Under the pieces are notes generated by a model. It was not told the origin of the DNA and ran no database searches. It saw only the letters and a list, made by a program, of their open reading frames with translations. The position numbers and the translations under genes were made by a program. A stretch of DNA of 63,628 nt, the filler included, from Stramenopiles sp. TOSAG23-3 (lineage: Eukaryota): assembly GCA_900128585.1 (NCBI GenBank). It is 14 parts of 14 records of this genome, joined end to end, with 100 filler letters (N's around TTAATTAATTAA, not from the genome) between each part and the next. Parts side by side here need not be neighbours in the genome. Positions count along the whole stretch, not along the records: positions 1 to 19,392 come from LT642402.1; positions 19,493 to 38,851 come from LT642403.1; 12 more parts are not named here. The stretch is one strand, 5' to 3'. This document shows positions 10,901 through 21,038 of the stretch, piece after piece (positions within the stretch are counted from its first letter, which is position 1; each line of letters begins with the position of its first letter).

Positions 10901-11599
10901 CTAGACTTAATGATAGGAGAACTTCGTCTCAAAATGGAAGGCATGCAAGTGGAGCTCGACGAGCAGAAGAAGAAGTTGAAAGAAGCGGAGGACATAATTG
11001 CAGTCTTCTCCACGGACTTGCACGCTTTAAATTTAGACATCGACAACTACAAAAAGCTGAAAGGCGGCATCACAAAAATGTACAAAAAACACGTTCAAGA
11101 CGTAGGGCTAGTCGGCGGGAAAGAAGTTGGCACGGGCAGTGCTGCGGCGCAGCAAGAATTCAATCGCCAGAGGGAGTACTTGGAAAAGAGCGTAGAAAGC
11201 TTAAAGAGAAAGCTTGCGAAAGACATGGAACTTCACCGCGCGGACAACATGAGGCTGATGCGAGAGGGCGTGGTGCTGACGGCTGAAATCAACCAGTTGA
11301 GGAGGGAGCTGAAGGTTGCCAAGGCAATTCGCAGCAATCGCAACCCGGGCGGAAACCCGAACGCGCCGCAGTCCGATGAATCGATGGCTCCTTCGCCGCC
11401 GCCTGGAGGCCCAGCGCGGAATGGCGGGCGCGCTGGCATGATTGGATCGAGGGATTCTCAACGCGAGTTTGACATGCAAACCCAACAGCTTCATCGTTTG
11501 CGGGCTCATATTGCCAGGATAGAGGACAATTTAGGTGGTCCACAAGGAAACAAACCCCCAAAATTTGACCGATCCCAGTACGTTGGTGCAGCAAACTAA
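7919..11599 (+). CDS. CFAP57: Cilia- and flagella-associated protein 57 (WDR65), 1226 aa
   Basis: N-terminal WD40 propellers ([51 protein letters not shown]) followed by a long coiled coil with [28 protein letters not shown]. Confidence 0.95.
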   Translation: [1226 protein letters not shown]

Positions 11600-11946
11600 T
11601 GTTTTTATTTTTTTAAATAATTATTTTGTTATAAATAACAGCCAATTTTCTTGTTGTTTTTAATAATATGATACAAATTTTCAATTAATTTTCTTTTCGT
11701 AGTGTCTTGTGTACCGGTACCTACCTGATAATACCGGTACCTGTACGGGTGGTATATACCTGGTAATATATAAGTAAAAACTTTTGTTGTGTTGTATTTT
11801 TTCGCTTAAGCCGCACGCTTGAATAGAAAACCTTGATGACGGAAAGATTTATGCTTTGTGTACATCATACTAAAAAAAGAAAGATGTTTCCTGTTTTCAG
11901 AGCCCAAGAGAATTTCCGAACGGATCAAAGACTTGAACATAACGCC

Positions 11947-12987
11947 ATGAAAAAGGTCGGTTCTGCCCTAATTGGCGGCGGAAGTCTCTCTGCTGCTTCA
12001 TTCAACGAAAATGAAGGCTGGCTGCTGATAAAGAAACGGAGCTCCAAGACTTTTCGGACGAACGCATGGAAGAAAAGGTATGTTAAGATAGATGAAGAAC
12101 AAAACTGTGTTTTGCTCTATAATTTTCCCAATGACGTGGGAGTACTGTCTCCTAAATACTCATTTCCGTTGACTATGGTAGGAGAAAATGAAGGAATAGT
12201 ATGTAAAGTATTTGTAGATGGAAAGTCGAAGAAACACTGTTTTACGCTCCAAAATAGCCTTGACCCATCGAAAAAAATTACTGCCGCAGCCTATAGCGAA
12301 GAAGAAGTCGGGCAATGGGTGGATGCGATAGAGCTTCTCTTGTCCGATAAACGAAGCAATGGCAACTCTGGAAAATTTCGTAGAAGCAGACCCGGTGGAC
12401 AACGGGAGGAAGCACGGGAAAAAACTGCCACCCACCCAGTTGTATGGCAGGACGTAGCAGTAGAGGAAGACGACCCTTTCCTTGATAAGTTTTTGGGGTC
12501 TGAGAAGAACATGCTCTCTGACCCGGAAACCGACCTTTCCAACCCCGGCGCCGACTCTGTCTGCTCCCTGGACCCTCTTGGGCTCTTGGGGAATGAAGGA
12601 AGCCAAGAAGTAAAGGTACGGAGAGAATTGATGAAGAAGATGTTTTATGCAAAACCATTTGATCCCAAGACGTACCTGGAAACGTTTTACCGCAATGCAA
12701 CGCGAAAGGATTTAGTTTCCGCGTTGAGAAGAATGAAAGACAATCAAGTGAACATTGACCAATCTGTAGCGAACATTGTGAACGAAAATTTTGTATCGGT
12801 TGTCTCTGTGAACGAGCTTGGGGACGAAATTTGTTCTGAAAGGCTCTTTGAAATGCCCGCAGCGAAGAAAAAATTAAGGGCCTACGAGCGTGAAAACTCG
12901 ACATTGGTGGGTGAACTCAATCAATTTGCGGAAGAAATGACGGGGCTGAACGAACTGACCGCCGCCCTTAAAAAAATAACCAGCTGA
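11947..12987 (+). CDS. PH-domain protein with a C-terminal Sec5/Vps51-like N-terminal-type segment; start uncertain (in-frame ATGs also lie upstream, e.g. 11851 and 11884)
   Basis: PH motifs EGWLLIK...WKKRYV...EEVGQWVDAI, then DPLGL...FDPKTYL...DL..AL..MK...IVNENFVSVVS, resembling the Sec5/EXOC2 N-terminal helical region. Confidence 0.6.
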   Translation: MKKVGSALIGGGSLSAASFNENEGWLLIKKRSSKTFRTNAWKKRYVKIDEEQNCVLLYNFPNDVGVLSPKYSFPLTMVGENEGIVCKVFVDGKSKKHCFTLQNSLDPSKKITAAAYSEEEVGQWVDAIELLLSDKRSNGNSGKFRRSRPGGQREEAREKTATHPVVWQDVAVEEDDPFLDKFLGSEKNMLSDPETDLSNPGADSVCSLDPLGLLGNEGSQEVKVRRELMKKMFYAKPFDPKTYLETFYRNATRKDLVSALRRMKDNQVNIDQSVANIVNENFVSVVSVNELGDEICSERLFEMPAAKKKLRAYERENSTLVGELNQFAEEMTGLNELTAALKKITS

Positions 12988-13207
12988 TGTGAGTATTCCT
13001 TGCCGTATTTGTTTAAAAAGGTAAAAGACCGCAAGGTGGAAAACATGGACCTTCGAGGGTGCTGACGCTTCATGGTAACTATGCAATGATTTTAAGAGAC
13101 TATTTTTGACACATTCAATACTCAAGAGATATACTCTTAATTAAATTACGAAGCACAACACACGAGCGGCGCGCACACTTTCACCCTCTTCTCCCCGGTA
13201 TTCACCT

Positions 13208-13945
13208 TCAAATACCATCCTCGTCTTCAAAAAACTCCACGTCTGGTATTTCCCAATCTTTCTTATTATCGCAACACCCACGCATTTGAAGGGTTTTCCC
13301 GCTCGAAATTAGAATAAAAAATACGTAAAGGGTGTAACGAACCAGCAGCAAAGAGAACGAAAAAAGAGTGTCCCCTTCGGGACCACTGTTTACGCCAGGT
13401 ATGTCTGGCTCCAAAGCATAAACCAAGAGTGCGCACACGCACAAGACCATGACTGTAAACTGAAACCAATTTCCAACGCACTTCAGGTACTGCAGCGTGT
13501 TGCTGGCATTTTTGTGTCCTTGGCGGGATTCAGAGGCTGCTCTATCGACAAAAAAATAAGCCCTCCAGCCATCATAATTAATCTCCAAGATGACGTCCCC
13601 GACGACTGCAAAAGTGACGAATGTTTCTATCAAAAAAAATAAACGACTCCTTGGGTTGTGCCCTTTGTCTTGCACAACCCACGCCACTAGAAACGTAGTG
13701 AGCAACAGGACAAAAATATTAAATATAAAGTACCAGCGAGAATGCCGCACCTTGATGGCAAAGTTGTACTTTCGCAGCTCTGCATTCCTTGGGTGGTTGT
13801 GCCCCAAATGGGGATCCAAATGATGGCGCCCATCGCCATCTCGGGGGCCTCCATAGTGCCCAACAGATTTTTGCCCTGCCGCCGTGAACGGGGTCCTCTC
13901 GTCGACATACTCGTCCTCCCCTAATACCTCTCGTTTCCAATCCAT
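13208..13945 (-). CDS. Four-TM membrane protein, stand-alone voltage-sensor-like (Ion_trans S1-S4) domain, 245 aa
   Basis: S1 (SRWYFIFNIFVLLL), S2 (FLIETFVTFAVVGDVILEI...GWRAYF), S3 (GNWFQFTVMVLC), S4-like (LLLVRYTLY); no pore segment. Confidence 0.55.
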   Translation of the reverse strand: MDWKREVLGEDEYVDERTPFTAAGQKSVGHYGGPRDGDGRHHLDPHLGHNHPRNAELRKYNFAIKVRHSRWYFIFNIFVLLLTTFLVAWVVQDKGHNPRSRLFFLIETFVTFAVVGDVILEINYDGWRAYFFVDRAASESRQGHKNASNTLQYLKCVGNWFQFTVMVLCVCALLVYALEPDIPGVNSGPEGDTLFSFSLLLVRYTLYVFFILISSGKTLQMRGCCDNKKDWEIPDVEFFEDEDGI

Positions 13946-14138
13946 GTTTAGTTCCTACAAACGCTCATCCACGCTGAAACAATTACGTAATAAAGAAATA
14001 AAACACCTTCTATTTATATTCTAATAATATACAATGATATCAATCGTTTCTTTGATAACATTTTTTTCTCCATAGGAAGTGGATTTGATCCTCATTCTGC
14101 CGTTTGCTCAATCCTGGTGAAGGGACAGTCATCTAACG

Positions 14139-14171
<33 letters not shown>

Positions 14172-14352
14172 ATTATTATTATTTATTATTAGCGAGCTAT
14201 TAATATTAGCTTCTTATTTTTTTTTATAATATGATGTGATGTTGTTGGATGATAATAATATGAAGAAGAAAGAAGGAAAAGTAAATTCGGTAGGGTTCCC
14301 CCGTACAGGTACATACGGTTAACTGCTATTACCCGTAGTACAGGTGACACGT

Positions 14353-14482
14353 AGAAGAAGAAGAAGAAGAAGAAGAAAGACGAAGAAAGAAGAAAGAAGA
14401 AGAAGAAGAAGAAGAAGAAGAAAGAAGAAGAAGAAAAAGAAGAAGAAGAAGAAGAAAGAAGAAGAAGAAGAAGAAGAAGAAG

Positions 14483-14512
<30 letters not shown>
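14353..14512. repeat. (AAG)n microsatellite, ~160 bp
   Basis: Near-perfect aag triplet run in the spacer between two divergent genes. Confidence 0.95.
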
Positions 14513-14513
<1 letters not shown>

Positions 14514-14907
14514 TGAGCAGTTATTTTTTTGCTGCTTGCTGTATCGATATTACATTAATATTATTATTATCGGCATCAGTTTTTTCAATCAGCCTCCCAA
14601 CACCCCAACCGTATTGCACTACACAACAACGAAGACAGTTGTTTTTAAATATAAAATAAAAAGAGAAGACCATCTCGTCAAGTAGTAAAAAATGAGCAAA
14701 CGAACCTTGGATTTCAATTGACATTTGTCTAAAGTAGGTTAACGTACCTGCTCAATGCTGCAAATTGCACTCCCATTTTTTTAAATTAAACAGTGCGTTG
14801 CTTACACAAACAAAACCGAGATAATACATCTATAAGTTGCGATAGCTCTAGAAGCCAAGCAGTTTCTTGATCAACCTTACGAACGACGCAGGTTTACCTA
14901 TTTCAAA

Positions 14908-15558
14908 ATGGCTGACGCGGATGAGGCTGACGGGGGCTACCACTTTTCTTTCAAAGTTGTCATATGTGGCGACAGTGGCGTTGGAAAATCTACTTTATTG
15001 GACGGAGAAGGGACATCCGCGTACGCGCGAGCAAGCGGTGATAATACAAGCGGGATAAACTTTCGCGTTAAATTTTATGAAGTGGAAGGGAAAACGTACC
15101 GTGTTCAATTTTGGGATTGCCCCGGTGCAGAAAGGTATTTGAACCTGACGGGGCGCTTTTGTGCAGGCTCCGCGGGGGCAATTTTAGTTTTTGACGTCAA
15201 CAATCGGGATACATTTGAAAATATAGAACGTTGGGCGCAAGAAGTGGACAAATTTGGAACCATGATAAAAGTCCTCGTAGCGAACAAGGTCGATCAGATG
15301 GACGGCACGAAGCGAGAAGTCGCAAAAGAGGAAATTGAAGAAGTAGGAGCTCGACTTGGAATGGACCATTTCGAAACCGCCGCGTTAAGCAGTCGAAACG
15401 TAAACGAAGTCTTTCAAAATGTTTTCACCCAAATAGTCGAAAACTTGCCAAAACCTCCCGAGCCCTCCCTTTTGCTGCGCAAGGGGGTGAAGTTAGGAGG
15501 GAAAATGCTGTCCGACCCGGAATTTAGGCAATCCCTGTTCAAGCGAGAGAACTCGTGA
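14908..15558 (+). CDS. Rab-like small GTPase lacking C-terminal prenylation cysteines, 216 aa
   Basis: G1 GDSGVGKST, G2 TSGINF, G3 WDCPGAE, G4 NKVD, G5 ETAAL. Confidence 0.85.
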   Translation: MADADEADGGYHFSFKVVICGDSGVGKSTLLDGEGTSAYARASGDNTSGINFRVKFYEVEGKTYRVQFWDCPGAERYLNLTGRFCAGSAGAILVFDVNNRDTFENIERWAQEVDKFGTMIKVLVANKVDQMDGTKREVAKEEIEEVGARLGMDHFETAALSSRNVNEVFQNVFTQIVENLPKPPEPSLLLRKGVKLGGKMLSDPEFRQSLFKRENS

Positions 15559-15708
15559 AAAGGCTTGCGCGGACCCGAGAAGAATTCTGGCGTGGGGGAG
15601 GGGTGTATATAAAACACACACTAGCGAAAAGATAATAAATACTTACTTCGTAAATGTGTTAAAATATGAATGATTTGTACTCAGCTCGTATCATACGAAG
15701 TTTTTTAT

Positions 15709-18700
15709 TTAACAATTCGTCATCGATATTTTCGGCACAATATTCATCGACTGCAGTTCCTGGAACAGCAGCTTCGCGGCGTACGGCAACTTCAACGTGG
15801 TCAGTTCATAGTCGACGCCAACGTTCTCGCAGTAATTGCACTTTCCCGGGTACGCCAGCAGACCGCAGGTCTGCGCGTTCAGATTTAAAAAAAACGTGTG
15901 TTAATAATAAGCCCTTCCAGAAAACAAAATAAAACACGAAGAGAAAGAATCAAATTACTTACTTGACAAACAGTTGCGTTGTAAAGGTCGCTCGATATCA
16001 TCAAACGTTCCATAAGAAGAGACGAGGCCCCGTACCCGATCAAACAATCCCTTTCCATTTCCCCCAGTCGCAGACCACCCTCCCGAGCACGACCTTCTGT
16101 GGGCTGACGAGTCAGCACTGCCCTTGGTCCCCGGGGCCGGGCGTGCATTTTGTCCAACACCATGTGCTTTAACTTTTGGTAGTACACGGGCCCCATGAAA
16201 ATGTACGCTTTCAACGGTTCCCCTGTCAGCCCAGAGTACAGCATGTCTTTCCCAGCGTAGTTGTAACCATAGTCGATCAGCGTCTTGCTGCAGTCGTCGA
16301 TTGTTACCGCGCCACCGTAATCTTCTCCGAACGCCGTGCCGTACATTCTTTCCCCGGAAAGAACGCTGGCCTTGGAGGCTACCAGTTCGATCATTTTCGC
16401 AACCGTCATACGCGATGGAAAACCGTGGGGGTTCATTATCATGTCGGGGCACAGACCGCTGTCTGAAAATGGCAAATCTTCTTGGGGAACAATTATTCCA
16501 CAGACGCCTTTCTGGCCGTGCCGACTACTGAACTTATCCCCTAGCTCTGGAATTCTCATCTGCCGCACCAATATCTTTATTATCGTGGTTTCGGTGTCTG
16601 GGTTCTGGGTTAGCAGCACTTTGTCCACGACGCCGCTTACGCCAACCGGCGCCTTATACTTCAAATTGGCTGGTTGATACTCAATATCAGAGCTTGCGCC
16701 TCCGCCAGCCGGGATGCCACCGTCGATGGTGTTCTTCGGGGTATCCTTTCGGATCAAAAATTGGTCGGGTTTTACTTTCATCCCTGCGCCGCAGATCCCA
16801 TCGTACTCCATGGCCCCAAACTTGTCGAATCCTGTGCTAGACTCACTGTTGGGCCAGCCCTCGCCCTCTGCCATCTCCCGAATCCGATCTCGGGTATGGT
16901 TTGCATAACGCCGAATCGTCGTTGCGAACTTTTTCATGACCATGCAGCGGCCGTAGCCACGATCAATACTGGCTTTATTCAAAACCAACGCATCCTCAAT
17001 GTCGTAACCCGAGTAACTCATGACGGCGATAATGGCATTCTGGCCCGCCGGCAATTTGTCAAAATTGACCAAATCCAGCACCCTGGTCGTTACCAAAGGC
17101 TTCATAGGGTACACCATGAGGTACAGAAGGGTGTCCAGCCTATTGTACTGGTTGTACCCGATCGTCCCGATCGCTTGCTTTCCCATAGCACACTGGTAGG
17201 TATTGCGAGGGCTTTGGTTGTGGTGTGGAAACGGGATCAAGCCCGCGACCGTCCCAAGGATTGTCATGGGGTCGATTTCCATGTGCGTGTGTTCCTTCGT
17301 AACGTATCGTTCGTCCAAAGCAATGTAGCAATTGTTCTCTTCGTTCACATCTATAAATTCGACCACGCCTTCTTCGACCAAATTCCAAAATTCCGCGGGG
17401 TCTGCAGGATCCTTAATCTCCTGTATGTGCTTCATCTGCAATTTTGGCTTGCCGTTTTCCACAATGATCAGAGGTCTGCACACGCGCCCAGCGTCTGAAG
17501 AAATGTACACGCACCGGTGCAGCGAGTGTGAGTGAATGCTAATGTATCGCCCAAAATGCCGTGCTCGCCGCAGCATTTTTAGGTCCTTTTCGAATTTCGC
17601 AGGGTTGCGGTGAGCCCCCAAAATTCTACCGTTCAAAAATACCATGTAGTTTTCTTCGGCGTACAGCTCCTCGCCGGAAAGTTCGCAGGCGTCAACGACT
17701 CCCAAGGCGTACGCAACGTCCGCGACCTGGTCCTCTTCCTCGTCCGCCGTGACGTGAGTCAAGAGGGCCAAATTTTTCACAAGACCACAGGATTCCCCTT
17801 CTGGTGTATCGCTTGGACACAGCATTCCCCACTGCGACGACTGAAGGGACCGGGGGCCACTGACCTTTCTGGTCTTTTCAAACTGACTCGTTATCCGCGA
17901 CATATGCCCCAGGCACGATATGTAGGACAGGCGCGAGAGCTGCTGGGTAACGCCTTGGCGGTCCATGCGGAAGCGCTTCAGGCTCCAGTTCCCCGTCGAT
18001 ATCATCTGGACGAACCCGTTAGATATCGTGTCCTGCCTAATTAGCTTGCTCGCGTCGAACTCTGCTGCCCGGTTCACCTTGGTGAGAATGGCGTCTGCTT
18101 GCCGCTGTATTTCAGAGTTGAACCGTTTGAAAAGGTCTTCGAAAAGCAGGGAAACCAACTGGCCGGCCAGCTCCAACCGTTTGTTTCCGTAGTAATCTTT
18201 GTCGTCTAAACGCTTCTTGTCTAGTTTTGCGGACAAAGCCATTCGCGTCATGTACGCGACGTACACGGCTTTTTGACTAAAGTTGTACGAGGGGGAAGGA
18301 ATGTGCGGGAGCACAACGCTGGCAAGAACTTCCCGGGATTCGTCCTCCGGCGCCCTGTCCCGGCCCCACCCGCGGCGCCGTGTGCTCCGGGCTTTCATGC
18401 TCTTGATCCGCTGGCCTATGAAGTGGTTTGCTTGCGAAGAAGAGTATATGTCTAATTCGTGAGCCTCTTGGAACGATGGGGTCAGTAGTGAGGCTATCTT
18501 GGAGTCGGAACCTGCAATCAAGGAAACTATTTCGGCATCGCTCTCGACACCCAAGGCCTTCAGCAAAATGATGATGGAGACTTCTTCGCCCAACGTGTTC
18601 TGCTTCATGTACAGCTTCCCATTCTTCAAAATCACAGAACACCGACTTTTACGCTCGTGCGTCGAGCTCATCACCGTCGAGCTAATAAACCCCTTGCCGT

Positions 18701-19280
18701 CAACTTCTACAATGACCCGATTTTTTGAGAGCTGCTCGTGAATTAGCACTACTTTTTCCTGCCCCTTTACGATGAAATAGCCTCCCGGGTCCAAAGGACA
18801 CTCACGAAGCTGGGCCAGCTCTTTTTCGGATTTTCCTCGCAAGATGCACCTGCAGCTCTTCAGCATTATGGGGATCCGGCCAATGCACACCCCAGTTTTC
18901 GGCGTCATGGTTTGCCCCTTCCTGTACCTAATGTCAACGTAGACCGGGGCGCTGTACGTCATGTCCTGCAATCGACACTGGTTCGGTTGCGTGGCCTTTA
19001 CCTGTTCGTACCCCATTTCCGCGTTCGGCAGGCCAACGCGTATAGCGTCGTACGCAATTACGGTCTTCCCGTCAGCCGTGCTCTTCACCTCTGCGTTCGC
19101 AGCGATAATTTTGTTCATCTCTACCCGAATAAAATTGTCAAAAGAGTCTATGTGCTGCCTTACCAGCCCCCTCACGCGGAGGTAGGACGGCACCAGGCGC
19201 CATTTGTCCGTCAAGCGCTTCACCGACGCCCCAGGGTGGCGCGCCGTGCTAGTGCTGCTGTTCTTCCCGGAAAACGGCAT
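15709..19280 (-). CDS. POLR3B: RNA polymerase III second-largest subunit (RPC2), two exons (15963..19280, 15709..15870)
   Basis: KWRLVPSYLRVRGLVRQHIDSF, DDKDYYGNKRLELAGQL, GDKFSSRHGQKG, GGLRLGEMERDCLIGYGAS. Removing the 92-nt intron 15871..15962 restores the zinc-binding tail VCQTCGLL...CNYC...LPYAAKLLFQELQSMNIVP. Confidence 0.95.
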
Positions 19281-19392
19281 CTCCGTTTCTCACACGCGGG
19301 CGAGTATGTGGTTACAACTTACTTCCACGGGTCCGAGGATTTCCGTGTCGTCGCTGCGTTTTGAATTTACACTTGGCTTTCAATTTGGTCAT

Positions 19393-19492
19393 NNNNNNNN
19401 NNNNNNNNNNNNNNNNNNNNNNNNNNNNNNNNNNNNTTAATTAATTAANNNNNNNNNNNNNNNNNNNNNNNNNNNNNNNNNNNNNNNNNNNN
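19393..19492. other. Artificial contig-joining spacer
   Basis: N44 + TTAATTAATTAA (stops in all six frames) + N44. Confidence 0.98.
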
Positions 19493-20106
19493 GTGTTATT
19501 AGTGGTGACTACAATCATGCTTACTTGAATTGTCTTTGTTTGATAGACCACCAGTAGCTACCAACCAGTACGAGGAGTCCGTCCTAGTCTGGGCGGTCAA
19601 TACACACAGCATTGAGTATACAAACAACATACATATAGGAAGGGTGCGATCGTGTTCAAATTTGAAATGAAGACGACAAGAAACAAAAATGAATAATGAT
19701 GGAGGAAAGTAATAACAGGTAAATACAGTGCTACATGTAAAATAAATTTTAATAATAAAAGAGAAAGATGATTTAATTTTAAACGTGGAGAAGAAACAAA
19801 AAAGCTGGAGGCTGGAGGACGTTTGGTATTCTTCCCACGTGGACCTTGGTAGTACCAAGGTATATAGAATGTGGTGTTATTAAGTACAAAAATTGTTTGT
19901 AAAATATAATATAAGCAAGCGGCATTATTTTAATACAGTTTTGAATTATAATACTTGGCTTATAATAGAATTATTTTCTGTATGATGCACCTTAGCTAGA
20001 TGCTGCTTTTAAAAAAAAGAACAATAATTTAGTTGCAAAACAATGTGAATAGCGTTGTAGTAGTGCTGTGTCGCCTCGTGGAAGAACAATAATTTAGTTG
20101 CTATTA

Positions 20107-20221
20107 ATAGTTGCTATTACACAGCATCGGTAAAAAAAAGAAAACAATAATTTGTTGATAGTTGCTATTACACAGCATCGGTAAAAAAAAGAAAACAATA
20201 ATTTGTTGATAGTTGCTATTA
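20107..20221. repeat. 51-bp tandem repeat (2 full copies plus a partial third)
   Basis: ATAGTTGCTATTACACAGCATCGGTAAAAAAAAGAAAACAATAATTTGTTG at 20107 and 20158; the related AGAACAATAATTTAGTTGC occurs at 20018 and 20083. Confidence 0.85.
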
Positions 20222-21038
20222 ATACATCACAGCATAGGTATGACCAAGTTTCTGACTAAACCGAAAAACTGATGGCGTGACGCAGTTGGAGTATAGGAAA
20301 CTTTCTTCCTCTGAAGAAGAGGAAGAGAAAGCAAAGAGCATTATCAGCAAGGAAAAACAGAGAGTGTACAACCAAAAATTTGTCTTTAACCATTTCGTTG
20401 GGGCGAACCAATTCGTTGATCTTACTTTGGGAGACTTGCCACCTCCATCTTCAGTAAAACAAGGCTATAACGATTTGTGGGCCTCTCCTCTCTCTCTTCT
20501 CTTTCTTTCTTACGAGACGTTATGAATTTCGGAGTTACCGGCGTATAACTACCGTATACATAGGAACATTACCTTACTTAAAAGAATATTAAACTACAAT
20601 ATCGACGATGTGTATTCAATTGTATTGAACTTCGTTGCCTTTTATTTATATATTAATTAATACAACAATAATATATCGTGGCCAATTTTTTTTCATTGTT
20701 GTTGTTATGTAATAGTTTTTATTTTTATTTACCCAAAAAAGCTGTAGGTCTCAATTTTCTTAACATAATAATATTAACACAGCATCAGCAGTGGAATCGC
20801 AGCAGCAGCACGCAGATGATGATGATATAAAATATTTTTTCTCTCTTTCTTCTTTCTTATCATACTTCTTTGTTGCTTCTTGGTGGGGGGGGAGTGGTTG
20901 AGAGAGAGAAATGGAGATAGAATCATTCTATTATTTCCATTCTTCGTTTCTTTCACGTTCGCGTAGTAATTTAGGTCAAGGTTTTATCTTAACTGTCGTT
21001 TCTTCCTCCATATATAACAGAGGGTTGCGGAAATAATA

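Noticed and set aside
20018-20221. Repeats with ~50-65 bp spacing as a possible CRISPR array
   Set aside because: The intervening sequences are duplicated rather than unique, there are no cas genes, and the context is eukaryotic
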